Shown one piece after another: positions 44,257-55,992 of a stretch of DNA of 64,000 bases. Source of the DNA: Cyanidioschyzon merolae (taxonomy: Eukaryota). The stretch is taken from assembly GCA_000091205.1 (NCBI GenBank), contig AP006499.2, one strand, 5' to 3'. The notes under the pieces were generated by a model that ran no database searches, was not told the origin of the DNA, and worked only from the letters and a program-made list of their open reading frames with translations. The position numbers were made by a program, and so were the translations under genes. The stretch's first letter is position 1. Every line of letters begins with the position of its first letter.

Positions 44257-45048
44257 TCAGCGCTCGTCGGAACGAGCCTCCCGCTTATCCTCCTTCAGCG
44301 CGTCTCGTTTGTAAATGACCTCATCGATGAGACCGAACGCTTTCGCGGCCTCCGCAGACATGAAATGATCGCGCTCCATTTTGTCCGCAATAACATGCTT
44401 ATTCTGACCCGTGTGCTTGGCGTAGAGCTCGTGCAAACGCTCACGCAGAAACAGAATCTCATTGGCGTGGATGGCAATATCTGAAGCCTGCCCGCCGGCT
44501 TGCCCACTCGGCTGATGAATCATCACACGAGCGTTCGGTAAGCAGCGGCGCTCGCCCGGCTCACCCGCGCATAGCAGCAACGATGCCATAGAGCTCGCCT
44601 GGCCCAAGCAAACCGTGTGCACCGGAGCAGATATATATTGCATGGTGTCGTAGATCGCCATCCCCGCTGAGATGATGCCCCCTGGTGAGTGAATGTACAT
44701 AGAGAGCGCCTTCGCCGGCGCTACCGACTCCAAGTACAGCAACTGCGCAACGACGAGAGAGGCCACGGTATCCGTGATAGGACCGTTGAGCACAATAATA
44801 CGCTCTCTGAGCAGACGCGAGTATATGTCGTAGACGCGCTCTCCTCGCGGTGTCTGTTCGAGGACGATGGGTACGAGTTGCGCTTGAGCGGCGTCAGCGC
44901 CTGCTGTCGTGGGCCCAGCGTCGAAGCCCGGGCCGGTTCGGTTCGGAATCCCAGGGCGGAACCAGGAGTAAAAGCGAGCACGTGCACCTAGACGCGAAAA
45001 AGTTTGCGCAGACGGCAGGATTCGAACCTGCGCGGCGAGACACCACAT
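44257..45048 (-). CDS. CLPP: ATP-dependent Clp protease proteolytic subunit (organellar ClpP) with N-terminal presequence
   Basis: '[22 protein letters not shown]', 'MYIHSPGG', '[15 protein letters not shown]', 'RVMIHQP'. The annotated first Met (45048) lies inside the tRNA-Ser gene. Confidence 0.75.
   Translation of the reverse strand: MWCLAAQVRILPSAQTFSRLGARARFYSWFRPGIPNRTGPGFDAGPTTAGADAAQAQLVPIVLEQTPRGERVYDIYSRLLRERIIVLNGPITDTVASLVVAQLLYLESVAPAKALSMYIHSPGGIISAGMAIYDTMQYISAPVHTVCLGQASSMASLLLCAGEPGERRCLPNARVMIHQPSGQAGGQASDIAIHANEILFLRERLHELYAKHTGQNKHVIADKMERDHFMSAEAAKAFGLIDEVIYKRDALKEDKREARSDER
44997..45001 (-). terminator. Pol III T5 terminator immediately 3' of tRNA-Ser
   Basis: Minus-strand sequence after the tRNA 3' end is 'CAAACTTTTTCGCG'. 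Confidence 0.45.
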
Positions 45049-45139
45049 GATACCGAGGCGTCAGCGCGAGGCAATGTATACCAGCACTGGCTGCAGAACG
45101 CGTTCGAGTCATGCACCTTAACCACTCGGTCACGTCTGC
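45007..45139 (-). tRNA. tRNA-Ser(CGA) with ~51-nt intron (about 45052-45102) 3' of anticodon position 37
   Basis: Minus strand: acceptor GCAGACG/CGTCTGC (7/7 bp); D-arm ACC-GAGTGGTTAA-GGT; anticodon stem CATGA/TCATG with loop CTCGAA[intron]A; long variable arm TGGTGTCTCGCCGC; T-arm GCAGG-TTCGAAT-CCTGC. Near-identical in architecture to yeast tRNA-Ser(CGA). Confidence 0.8.
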
Positions 45140-45575
45140 CGGATAATCATACCATTGCGTGCGAAATCTGTATATAAAGGGTATTGGGGGAGTTGCGGCT
45201 CGAGGCGGCGCTTGGCGCTAGCGGCGCGCGTGTGCCTTCGTCCACCCTGACTTGCTCGCTCGATTGCTTGCGGGAACGACCTGGCAATCGAGCTGCGCAC
45301 TGTGCGGGGAACGCTTTCACAAGCTCACCGAGCGACTGGCGTTAAGCTGAGTGCGCGAATGCCTAGTGTCTTCGGCGCAACGGGACACTGACGCTGCTCT
45401 CTTGTTTCCCTTAGAATAGTGGTGTAAGGCACGTGATCGCGCACGGGGTCTGTGTTCGATGAGTCACGTGCCCGCTGCGCCTGTGTGTGTTGATGATGCG
45501 CGAACAAGGTATGAAGTGATCGAGTGTTGTAACGTTTAGGTCCTTCTCTGGCGTGATATGAGCGGGGGATAGGAA

Positions 45576-47786
45576 TTAATCGCGAACATAGCGACCGGTT
45601 ACTCGGGGAAGTGCATGCAGGCTGCCGTTGACTGTTACGAGGATCGCGGGGAGCGCGCTCGAGTCGCTGCTCTTGTTCAAGGGGCTCTCACGATGCTGAG
45701 TCGCAATGCGTGAGCGGTTCGCGCTGGTTAGCAGGGCGACCTGCTGTTCGAGCTTCTGCGTGACACGCTCTGCGCAGCGCATGTCATTTTCAATATCGGA
45801 TAGTGTTGATGAGGACTCGCTGGGCGAGCGCCAGCGCGAGCTGTGCTCCGGATCAGCAGAAACTGGGCTGCGCAGCAGAGTGTCCGCTGGTGAGGGGTGC
45901 TCGTGCGCTGGGCTTTCTCCGGCAGAGTGAACATGCTCGGCGAGTGCGCAGGGTGAGGGATCTTCCGATGCCGAGTCGTCGCCCGTACTAGGGACCAGAC
46001 CGGCAGCGATCTCCCGCCGTACTGCAGCAGCCTCGACCCGCAAGGCAGCGTTTGCGAGCATCATTCCCTCCAGCGTCGTCACGAGATTTTCAATAACGTC
46101 AATGGGTGGCACCCTGGCAAATGCACTCGCAACTAGTTTGGTATGCTCGCCACTCGCGTCACCACAAGCAGATGCATGTCTTTGGAGCAGACTAGCGGCT
46201 TCGTTCAAAAGTCTTGCATGGTCGGAATCGGTGCAGTCTCCTAGAAGAGAACGCAATCGAGAAGCGAGCGCGCCGAAAACCTCCGAATGACTCGCACACA
46301 ATTGGTCGAGGGAGCTGCTTGACGCATTCGTGAAATCCCGAGCATAGGGTGGATCCCACTCCATCGAGTCCGTATTGGCTTTGTGCTGGAAGGCGCCTTC
46401 GTCACTGGTATCGATCGGATCTCTCTGCTTCTGGTGTTTGTTGCTGGATCGACAGCAATCCTCGTGACGAAGGGTAGCTGTTCGCTGGTTCGCTGGACGT
46501 GGTCCGCTCGTCTCGATGGACAGGCTCGGTGATGCAGATCGCCGCGAGTCATGATCGACTTGTTCAGCTTGTTCCTCGTATGGTCGGGGCACGGGCTCTC
46601 CGGTGATCTGAGACGCAGAAGCAGCCGGTCTTGACTCGGCTGTACTCGCTTTCGCATCGGGCTCGGCGTCTGCAGTTATCGTTTTGCCACTGCCAACATC
46701 TTCGCTCTTCGACGAGGGCATTTCAAGATTCCTGCAACCGATTTGCGCCACGTCTCGCGAGCCTCTCAATAAAGCATATGAGCGACGAGTATCAGGTTCT
46801 GGGGACTTGCCTGAAGGCAGCCCCCTGTGACCTGGAGCTGCTTGGGAGTCGTCCGCGAAACGCACGCAGACTGATCCAGGACGGCCTGCAAGCCCCAGTA
46901 CAGAGTCGCTTTGCGAGCCACGCTGACCCTCACAAATCGCTTCCGTATCCGGGTCAGCGTCCTCGGCTGGCCGTGGTGCACAGCTGTCCTCGGTACACCT
47001 GTGTCTCCAAAAGGATGCGCGAGAGTTCGCGGCAACGTGAACGAGTGCTCGCGTTCGCAGCTCGAGAAACCTCCAGCATGCTACAATTATCAGGCGCAGC
47101 TTGCACCATACATAAACTGCGCGACGAAGAATCGCCCTCCACCAGATTCCCATTGTAGCACGCCAGCGCCAGTGCGCCAAGCCCCCAAGTGCCAGCAAAA
47201 CTGCCGCCACCATAGCACCAACAGGCCGAGCGTGCTGACCCCAGCACTCGCGGGGTGGAGCGGTGGGCCAGTGAGAGACCAGCGCCTTCGTCCAGTGCTT
47301 GATGCGCAACAACGCGTGTCCAGGTGTTGCGGCCGCTTCGCCTTGCCCAAAGATGCGCCCATACTCTGGGTACTCTCGTAAGAGCGTCTGATGCGCGAGC
47401 GCACGGATTGACTCTCCTCGTCTTTCCGCAGCGACCCAGTGCGCGAGTGCCGCACCGCTTCCGATAACCATACCGATGTAGACTCGCCGGCAAGCCCGGT
47501 ACCAGGCCTCAGGGAAAGCGCTTGAACAGCTGCGCTCCGCGTCAGGTGCAACCGTTGACGCCGCTACGCACACGTTGTCCATTGTTCGGCGCAAGCGCAG
47601 CGGGAATTTGAATTGATGTCGCTGGGGCTCGCCGCCCTGCCTGAATCGCTGGCGGACGGACGGACGCCCTGGGGGTGAGGCGGCACCAACGGCGACGGCA
47701 GCGGGCCGCATTGCGATGCGCATCGGAATCGGCACGTTTCGGAGGTGCCACCGATGCGTTCGTTTGATCCGATATTGTAAAGACAA
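45576..47786 (-). CDS. Hypothetical protein (736 aa), low complexity, no recognizable domain
   Basis: Long ORF with a coding-like N-terminal third; the remainder is Ser/Ala/Asp-rich. Confidence 0.3.
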   Translation of the reverse strand: MSLQYRIKRTHRWHLRNVPIPMRIAMRPAAVAVGAASPPGRPSVRQRFRQGGEPQRHQFKFPLRLRRTMDNVCVAASTVAPDAERSCSSAFPEAWYRACRRVYIGMVIGSGAALAHWVAAERRGESIRALAHQTLLREYPEYGRIFGQGEAAATPGHALLRIKHWTKALVSHWPTAPPRECWGQHARPVGAMVAAVLLALGGLAHWRWRATMGIWWRAILRRAVYVWCKLRLIIVACWRFLELRTRALVHVAANSRASFWRHRCTEDSCAPRPAEDADPDTEAICEGQRGSQSDSVLGLAGRPGSVCVRFADDSQAAPGHRGLPSGKSPEPDTRRSYALLRGSRDVAQIGCRNLEMPSSKSEDVGSGKTITADAEPDAKASTAESRPAASASQITGEPVPRPYEEQAEQVDHDSRRSASPSLSIETSGPRPANQRTATLRHEDCCRSSNKHQKQRDPIDTSDEGAFQHKANTDSMEWDPPYARDFTNASSSSLDQLCASHSEVFGALASRLRSLLGDCTDSDHARLLNEAASLLQRHASACGDASGEHTKLVASAFARVPPIDVIENLVTTLEGMMLANAALRVEAAAVRREIAAGLVPSTGDDSASEDPSPCALAEHVHSAGESPAHEHPSPADTLLRSPVSADPEHSSRWRSPSESSSTLSDIENDMRCAERVTQKLEQQVALLTSANRSRIATQHRESPLNKSSDSSALPAILVTVNGSLHALPRVTGRYVRD

Positions 47787-49995
47787 ATCCTGTTTTATAC
47801 AGTTTCTTCCGTTTTGTAGATGCAGGTACCGTTTCGATGATGCTGCCGACGACGCCGTGCAGCGCTAGGCGCCCGCGGCCAGCACGCTCGCAACGGGCAG
47901 CGTTTGCGCGCATGCATGAACCTCTGCCAGTGCGCGTGTGCGGCACCAGGAAGCACTGAGACGTGTTCGAGGCTGTGCTCTGAAGCCCGCCTGTCTGCCT
48001 GTCTGCCTGTCTGCCAATTGCGGACGCTGTGATCCCGGTAAATCATCCATGTGGCACCACTGCGGCAGGCAGTGCAGAGCTTGAATGCAGCACTCATCGA
48101 CTACCCAGCGTACGATAGCGACGACGCACATTCCGCGTGTTGACACGCGCCGGGTACCTATGGTCGGTGGCTGGAGATCGACAGGGAATGCCAGGTACCG
48201 ACGCCTTACAAAACGCTTTTGCCCGAACTGTGCCTGCTATGCAATGCGTATCGTCGGTCGAGCGACTGACGTCACACTGCAGCGCGCCCAGTAGCGAGAT
48301 GGTGCCAGAAACCTCGTACACGTCATCCAGTCATGCGTCAGGACGATACCTGGAGCTATGAGCACGTCATTTTGACTCTTTCGCTGCAGAGTTCAGCGAC
48401 GATCGACGACGGCATTCGGGAACTGTTTCTGTACCATCTCCGTATGGCAACAGCAGCGGGGTGCTTCCAGGGGCGCAACGGACCCGTGCGCCACACTTGC
48501 CACCCGGAGAGTCGCTTGAACGAATTATGATACCCCGATGCCAAGTAGGGTCTGCAGTTCGTCGAAATCAGGGTCGTGACTGGTGTGTGGACTACCATGC
48601 AGTCGAATACGGGTGAGTCTCGGCCGCTTTCCTGGCTACCGATAACCACGGCACATCCTGGAATCCCCGATTCGTCTCATCGATCCCAGACTATCAGGAA
48701 GGTTTCAGCGACATCGACGCGCTCGAAGCGAGAACGCATAACGCTTCACGATGCGAGGGTTTGCCTTCACCACGAGGGACTCGGATGCTTCCGAGTCGTT
48801 CATGCTGTGCATTCTGATGAACGAGTTGAGGTTAGGCGCAAGCGCCACCTGTTTCTACGTGCTCATCCTCTGACCGAGATCGCTCACAAAGATACGCGTT
48901 CACGTACCCTGGACATTGCCTATCGTATCGAGGAAGCGGGATGCAGTGCGCGATCCGCCACAAAAACGACCGCAGCGCGCTGGATGCGATGCAAAAGCGC
49001 AAAGGCACCCCTGCTGTGCACGAAACGCAACGAATGGCGGCGACTTGCAAGAGATCCACATTGAAACTGCTACAACAAAGCGGTTCATAACCGCTGGGCG
49101 AGCGCTATATAGCTGATACGTGAAGAAACGCAATACCACAAACGGCGCTTCTAGGACGGCCAACACACTCGCGTCATTCGCTCGATGCAGCAGAGCAATT
49201 TTTACATGCACCGTCGACGAAACCCAGCGCCCTGCCTGGACTTGTTTCGCAATATCGCAAGAACAAAGATGCGCTCGTAGGTACCAGAACATGCAGCGCA
49301 TTGCTCTCTCGAGTGAAGCGTGCCGTTGAATCCGCATCCAATGTCATGCAGAATCTGGAACTGGCCCAGCATACACGAATTCATAATTGCCGGCAGGTAC
49401 AGCACCTGTTGACGCGGCTACACCAAGCCGCATCTCGACGAGACTCGATTATGCTGTTTTCGTATCCCGTCAGCGGGTACGGAAAACGGAAACGGCAGCG
49501 GATCGCACCCCGTGATTTCGTGCTTATGGATCGGAAGCGCTGTTGTTCCTGTCATGGTGGCCTCGACGAGAGGTGCCACTCGCAATCCAAACATTCGCCA
49601 CGAATCAGGCTACTGGTGCAGATGCAGTTGATGGTTCAGCAGACGTTGTCAAATGACATCCTCTGTCGCATACGATACTGCACAACGAACGGATTTAACG
49701 ATGCTGCACATGTAGAACAAGTGCATCCGAGGAGACGCTCCACGTTCCGCAGCGTAGATTGCTTTCTGCCTTGACACTATTCCAAAGCGAACCGTCGCCC
49801 CAGGTGTCTCCATACAGCGCGGAGCGTCTGTGCTTCGACCGCGCATCCATTTACCACTGCAACCATTGAACAAGTCGTGCTTCTCGGCGTTATCTAGACC
49901 GGGTCCAACGGTGATGTGCATCGAACAAGTGACCTGTGAGCAACAATGGGCGTACTGGGGATGACAGACTCCGCAACTCGCGCGAGGTGCTCCTC

Positions 49996-50178
49996 GAAAC
50001 CCCGTAATACTCGGGGAATACGTCAGGCCATAAAGCCGAATGGCCCCGACGATGCATCATTGCATGCAAAGAAGCAGCATAACCTGGAAACCCCGTAATA
50101 CTCGGGGAAAACGTCAGGCCATAAAGCTGAATGGCCTCGACGATGCATCATTGCATGCAAAGAAGCAGCATAACCTGG
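49996..50178. repeat. 91-nt x2 tandem repeat with internal inverted repeats, in 3' flank of the WDR82 gene
   Basis: 'gaaaccccgtaatactcggggaa.acgtcaggccataaagc.gaatggcc.cgacgatgcatcattgcatgcaaagaagcagcataacctgg' occurs twice. Contains hairpin 'ccccg-taatac-tcgggg'. Confidence 0.85.
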
Positions 50179-50204
50179 AGTTGCCTTAGCAACCCGAACA
50201 TCGA

Positions 50205-51320
50205 TCAAACATAGTCGAGTGTTGCCGGGTCTGGTTGCCAGAAGACCACATTCTGACACGCGCTTACGAGCAGTGCGTACTGCGGATTAAACCCTAACGC
50301 CCGCGAATACATGGAATGCCCGTGCAGAACGTGACACGGATTCCCCGTCGCCCTTTCCCAAATGTGAATGCTTGCATCTTCTGATCCCGAAAGCACGTAC
50401 TGTGAGTCCGGACTAAAGCATGCGTCAAGCTCATAGGCCTGGTCATTCGCGTGGCCTCTACAGAGTGTCTGCAGACAACCGTTGAATGCGTCCAGTATCT
50501 GAATGCGTGGATTCGGTTCAGCCGCACCTACGAGCAGTGAGCGGCCGTCGCCGCTAAACTTGAGTACGGTTGGCTCAGAGGTTGTTACGTTGCTCTCAAA
50601 GTCGATAAATGGGCCCTCATCCCATTTGCGGAGATCGTAGAGCTTAATCACGAGTTTCAACAGGTCACTGAATGCTACTGCAGCGACAAGACCAGATGGA
50701 TCGACGGCAACTGCGGGGCGCCCTCGTACCTGCAGCACGCCTGCACAATGGGGATAACGAATGTCCCAGAGCCGCATGGTGCCGTCCAATGCTGCTGACA
50801 TGAACGAATCATCATTCGGCGTCACTGCGATGGAAACAACGCGCGCACGATGACCACGAAAGTACCGTATGTATTTGCTCTCCGTTAACGACAGATAGCG
50901 AATATGATCGTCCCAGGACAGCGGCGCATTGTCCGGTGCCCGGGCTTGGAGTGAACCGCTGCCGGGGTCCAGAACTGGTTTGCTTGCGCATAGTACTGCA
51001 GATTTGTGGTTACCGAAGCGAATGACACCGCACCCGTAGCGTTTCACTGGTATTGTCGTCAAGAGTCTGCCTTGAACGGCGCTGTACACACTGATGAGGC
51101 CATCATCACCACCGGCCGCTACGATTTCGCCATCAACCGAAAAGTCTAGAGTGCAGACCTGTTCTTGATGGACATTTTTGAAGACTTTTGTTTTGCGCAG
51201 GCTCTGCATCGCTCGGTTGTTTAGCCTCACTATCGGAAGGTCTCGCTGCTGCGAAGTGAAAACTCTGGGCTCCATGCTCCAATTCCGTACTGAACAGCGA
51301 ACGAAATTGACAACGTTCAC
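50205..51320 (-). CDS. WD40-repeat protein WDR82/Swd2-like (COMPASS / PP1-PNUTS component)
   Basis: WD repeats 'GGDDGLISVYS', 'YFRGHRARVVSIAVTPNDDSFMSAALDGTMRLWDIR', 'GSEDASIHIWE'; 371 aa. Confidence 0.65.
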   Translation of the reverse strand: MNVVNFVRCSVRNWSMEPRVFTSQQRDLPIVRLNNRAMQSLRKTKVFKNVHQEQVCTLDFSVDGEIVAAGGDDGLISVYSAVQGRLLTTIPVKRYGCGVIRFGNHKSAVLCASKPVLDPGSGSLQARAPDNAPLSWDDHIRYLSLTESKYIRYFRGHRARVVSIAVTPNDDSFMSAALDGTMRLWDIRYPHCAGVLQVRGRPAVAVDPSGLVAAVAFSDLLKLVIKLYDLRKWDEGPFIDFESNVTTSEPTVLKFSGDGRSLLVGAAEPNPRIQILDAFNGCLQTLCRGHANDQAYELDACFSPDSQYVLSGSEDASIHIWERATGNPCHVLHGHSMYSRALGFNPQYALLVSACQNVVFWQPDPATLDYV

Positions 51321-52029
51321 TGCCAGGTTCTTTGAGCTTAAAGGTAGCGCTTCACAGCCAAGAGCACCTCGAGACGCCCGTGTCTAGTCCCAGTTAATAT
51401 TTTGGCTCGGGAGCAAGTCACTTTGGAGCGCCCGCTCCCGAGGCACTGCCCTGCGTTCTCCGGCCACGGTTCAATGGCGCGTTAGCCCTGACGCGGGGGC
51501 TTGTGAAATCGCGGACCTGCAGCGACCACGTCTCTACACCCGCTTACTTGGTGGCAGCAAGCTGCGGTGTTTCAGCGTGTGTCGACGCAATGAACCAGTC
51601 TGCAAGCGGGAAAGCAACAAAAACAACACTGGCAAAAGTCCCCAGGTCTCCGAAAGCGATGAGTTAAACGGCTTGGCCTCGACTGAGCTAAACGTTCGCT
51701 ACAGGGCCATGACACCAGTCAGGCCACTGAAATAACGCCAAGATTAATGATGGTGCAGGCACCGTGAACTTGCTCAGCAGCTGAGGCGCGTTCCACAGGT
51801 CGTTTCAGACGTTGTTCGACACCAGAACCCGCCGCATACGAAGGCACGACGCGCTGCGTTGCAGAGCGAACATGTGCTGTCCATATATATTCCAATAGTA
51901 ACACTTTTGTACTATGTGCAATGGACGTCGACGCAGCGGCGAGCCACGAGCCGCGCCCCTACTCGACAGGGATGTTCATCGAACAGTGTATAAGGCAGCT
52001 GCGTCGCGCTCTGGAACGACTAGTGCACC

Positions 52030-52344
52030 ATGCAGAACGCGAGTGGACGTATTGTCGATCTCTATGTACCTCGAAAATGTTCCGTGACGAACAGGCTGAT
52101 TTCCGCAAAGGACCACGCATCCGTACAGCTGAATATCGCAAAAGTTGACCCTGATACGGGACGGATGGTTCCCGGCGAGCACCTGACCGTCGCTTTGACC
52201 GGATCGATAAGACGCTTGGGGCTGAGCGATCAGGCGGTTTTTAGACTGGCCAAGGAAAAGGGAGCGCTCGATGACTTGCGTGGTGGTGGTGCTGTTGGTG
52301 TTGGCTCAGGCGCTTCAGGCGGCGCGGAGGAGCGCACGGACTAG
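52030..52344 (+). CDS. RPS21: 40S ribosomal protein S21e (with Gly-rich C-terminal extension in the ORF)
   Basis: 'MQNASGRIVDLYVPRKCSVTNRLISAKDHASVQLNIAKVDPDTGR...SIRRLGLSDQAVFRLAKEKG' parallels the eS21 consensus. Confidence 0.7.
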   Translation: MQNASGRIVDLYVPRKCSVTNRLISAKDHASVQLNIAKVDPDTGRMVPGEHLTVALTGSIRRLGLSDQAVFRLAKEKGALDDLRGGGAVGVGSGASGGAEERTD

Positions 52345-52580
52345 CTGACGCGGGCACGCACCTGCGCAGCGCTAGGGACCTGTCCGCGGCGGCGGCGCTA
52401 AGCACTGAGCGCCAGCTTCCCAAGTGCAACATTCGTCTGGTTTGCGCGAAGACATCTGCCAAGGAAGAAACGCGTCGATATAGTTGCGTGAGCAACATGT
52501 AGACGCGCGACTCCCTGTGAGCGCCTCTTGCTCGAAAACGGAGAGCGTGACCGCAGCGCTCTGCTCGGGCGCGCGAGACG

Positions 52581-53297
52581 TTACCGCTTCGGTTTGCTTG
52601 AATCGATACAACTGGTCGGACTTTGCTGCTCGTAGGTATTCGGTGATTGCACAGCGTTATTTGGAGACCCACAACCAAGCTCTTGAAGTAAACGTTCCCG
52701 ATGCGCCACTGAACCCCCAGAGCCGGGATCTGGGTTTCCCGGCTCGCTTGCAACGCTTTGCATGAGGTGCTCGAGGCGCTCCCGAGACATACCGGCTTCA
52801 CGGATGCGCTGCACTAAATAGCGACGTAGGCCATCGGTGCCGTGGTTGTCACGAACGTGTCGTAGTTCCCGAAAGAGCATGCTCGATGCAGCTCTGATCG
52901 CGTCTGCCATACGCGGGTCCAAAGAAGTAGCGACCAGCGGCGAGACCTCTTCTGGCTTTTCCGCTGCTTTTGTGCGCTCTTGTTGCAGTTTCGTCGCAGC
53001 AGGCTCCGCCGTTCGGAGGCTTTGCTGTGCGGCAGACTGGCTTTTGAGAATAGGGAGCAGGTCAAGCGTGCTACGGCTCAGACGATGAAGTTCTTCCAGT
53101 GCCTTGTGTTGCGCCTGAGCGCGTTCCAGTAAGGCGCGGGCAACAGTTACTTCTTGCTGGAGTCTCTGGCGTACCAGTTTCTCCAACCGCCGTCCCTGCC
53201 TCCAATACGTAAAGAACTGGTACAACAATCTCACGCCGCTCCACATGACGTGAAGTGTCGGCTTTCTTGATCTGTAGCAGCCTCTAAAGCACAGCAA
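52581..53297 (-). CDS. Hypothetical coiled-coil protein
   Basis: Heptad-rich ORF. No domain recognized. Confidence 0.25.
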   Translation of the reverse strand: MLCFRGCYRSRKPTLHVMWSGVRLLYQFFTYWRQGRRLEKLVRQRLQQEVTVARALLERAQAQHKALEELHRLSRSTLDLLPILKSQSAAQQSLRTAEPAATKLQQERTKAAEKPEEVSPLVATSLDPRMADAIRAASSMLFRELRHVRDNHGTDGLRRYLVQRIREAGMSRERLEHLMQSVASEPGNPDPGSGGSVAHRERLLQELGCGSPNNAVQSPNTYEQQSPTSCIDSSKPKR

Positions 53298-53620
53298 TCA
53301 GGCCACGAAGAACCTGTCTAGGCAAAAAATGCCGATCCCATAGAAAGTCGACCGCTTCGCGCCCAGCAAACTCGACTTGTACGGCGCTGGCTCTCGCCGG
53401 TCCACGGGTAGTAGAGCGCTTCAGCCGGCGCACCGGGTGTGTGCCAGGAACGTCTTTGCAACACACGCTTTAGCAACCAAACCGCTGATTAAGAAGTGCC
53501 GTCAATTTCAGCCGTTCGTGCGGTATTCTGAAGTGAGGAAACAATCAACCAACCAACCGTTAGCCAGTCAGCCAGCGCTGAACCCTCAGCGTCGGCGAAG
53601 AGCAACCAGCCAAGGCGCAG

Positions 53621-54436
53621 GTGCACAAAAGACCAGGTCCAGCGCGGCGCTCACGCTCCGTTATGGGGGTTCTGGGAGACGCGTCCGCTCGTTGGCCCTG
53701 GCTGGTACAGTTGGGAACGGAGCCAGAGGACACCATCCTGAGGGTTGTTTATGAACACCAAAAAGTTGCAGCTGAAGAGGAGCGGCCCTGGTTCGTGACC
53801 CTATCGTTCGCCCAGTCACTTGACGGGCGGATCGACTTTCGCGAGACAACCGGGGCCGCTCCCCTGCGACTGTCTAGTCCCCGGGCGCAACGTCTGACAC
53901 ACGCACTTCGAGCTATGCATCATGCAGTTGCTGTCGGGTGGAACACCCTGGTATCAGACGACCCGTTGCTCACAGTGCGTTGCGGTATACCGGGAACGCA
54001 TACGCCTCCAGGTTGGACGCAACCTCGACCAGTGGTCCTGCTCCCGCACGACGGCACCCGTGAGTCTACAGGCCTGAAACAGTCACGCCTGTGGTGCCAG
54101 CGCCGACACGAGCTGCTGCTGGTGCCTCGCGAGGCTGACTGGCGCGCCGAGGTCAGTGCACCCTCGCTCTTTGTTGAAGGCGGCAGACGGGTGATCTCCA
54201 GTCTACTCCAAGCGACAACGACAGACGACGCGCTTGGGCGACGTTGCAACCTGGTTATCATCACGATTGCGAATTGCTTCATTGGAAACGACGTGCGGAG
54301 CGTTCCGGCCTTTACGCGTGGTTCATCGAGTGCGCACACGTGTCGACTTGGACACTTGCGCAGCTGGATGCTCGAAGATGAGCTGATTCTGCTCGGTATC
54401 CCGGCCGGTGCGGATACCGAGCGCACGCCATCCTGA
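53621..54436 (+). CDS. RIB7: Riboflavin-biosynthesis pyrimidine reductase (RibD C-terminal domain)
   Basis: 'WFVTLSFAQSLDGRIDF', 'LRAMHHAVAVGWNTLVSDDPLLTVR', and a C-terminal 'ELILLGIP'. Confidence 0.55.
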   Translation: MHKRPGPARRSRSVMGVLGDASARWPWLVQLGTEPEDTILRVVYEHQKVAAEEERPWFVTLSFAQSLDGRIDFRETTGAAPLRLSSPRAQRLTHALRAMHHAVAVGWNTLVSDDPLLTVRCGIPGTHTPPGWTQPRPVVLLPHDGTRESTGLKQSRLWCQRRHELLLVPREADWRAEVSAPSLFVEGGRRVISSLLQATTTDDALGRRCNLVIITIANCFIGNDVRSVPAFTRGSSSAHTCRLGHLRSWMLEDELILLGIPAGADTERTPS

Positions 54437-54838
54437 ACGGCTGTATGCAACGAAACCACCATCTAGAAACGCCTGGGGAGCAAAGCGATTTGCATATCCG
54501 GCAGCGAGCTGAAGGCCGGCGACTCGAGTCGCTGGGAAGCGGGGCACTGGGCACCACGGTAGCTCCGCCAGCAACCTCGAACGAGGCCATCAGACCTGGA
54601 CTGACTGCCCAGGTGCTTTCGGTTCCACGACTGGCGCTCGCTCCCGGAAGCAGGTAAGCGAGTGTGCGGGTATCTCCTTCATTCGTCAAACTACAGCACC
54701 GGCATCAGCAACAGAGCAGCCGATGATGAAGCTTCGGGGAAGCAGACGCCGACGCCGACGCCGCCCCACCTGCCCCCGGGTGCACGCCAAACGCCACGCG
54801 GATGCCGCGCAGATCGATCACGTGATCCATACGTCTGT

Positions 54839-54864
54839 GGCGGCGGCGGCGGCGGCGGCGGCGG
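54839..54864. repeat. (GGC)n microsatellite
   Basis: 'ggcggcggcggcggcggcggcggcgg'. Confidence 0.9.
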
Positions 54865-55992
54865 GAATGCATGCGTGCACGCATACGCCCGCGCATCGAT
54901 GAGCTGCCCTGTACTGGTGGCAGTCGTCGAGCGGCTGCGATTGCTGCCAGGCTCTATTGCGCGTGCATCGGTGCATTGGGACACGACGCAGTGCAGATTT
55001 TTCCTCTTTGACACATCGTTGAAACACCCACGCAGACGGACGGCAGACCAGCGATTCCCGATTGCGCGATGGATATGAGCGATTCGCGAAGCATCCGTCG
55101 TTGCACGCCGTCATTCCATACTCAAGACCCATACGTACTCGCGGGGGTACTTGTTACGTTTCACGTTGCATCGGGCGCGGCGTGCATGCTTTAAGCGTTC
55201 GCGATAGCACGCACGGCGCCGGCGCGTACGCAGCACAGACATAGAACGGCTGTGCGATACCACAGAAGGCATTGAATCCGTAATGTCGATGCTATTCGCT
55301 GCGGCGATCGGGGTACGGCGGAGCGCGCTCGGTGGGTGGCCCCCGCCCGAGAATCCCGCAACCACAGAATCAGGTTCCGAATTGCATGGCGAGCTCATGC
55401 ACCTGCTCCCAGCAGCAGCGTATCGGAGCAGTCGGGGAACCCAGACCAGTAGTTGCATTGACAACGTAAACGAGCACCGTCTGATCGCGAGAATGGACCC
55501 AGCGACGTTGGCATCCGACCGGAGCCTGCGCTTCGTTGGCGCTCGTACTTGATGAAGCGCGCGACGCTGCGATCGGCAGGACTGACGTTGACCGCCATCT
55601 CTGTAGTCACGCACCTGGGATGCACGAATACCGCTGCTGGAGCGACGCTCGAGGATGCGCACGCGACCCATACCAATCGGGGAGCGCCATCGTCGACGAT
55701 GGCGATAAAGGCACGGCGCCCGCTGGAACGCGTGAATGCCGAATACCGGCGACCAACACGACGCCATGCGGCTGCACAGGGCCGGGCAGTCGGTGCTCCT
55801 GAGTCGTCGCGCGGGCTCGTGGCGGTGCAGCTGGCACCGACCGAAGCCCTGCCGCAGGCGCAGCTTCGTTTTCGACGGCGATCCGTCGTTGTCGTTGGCG
55901 TCGTCGTCGTCGTCGAGACGATGCACCACACAGAGCTGCTGCCCCGGATCCGGCGAGGCCAGTGAACCACGCGCCCATGCTGCAAGCATACT

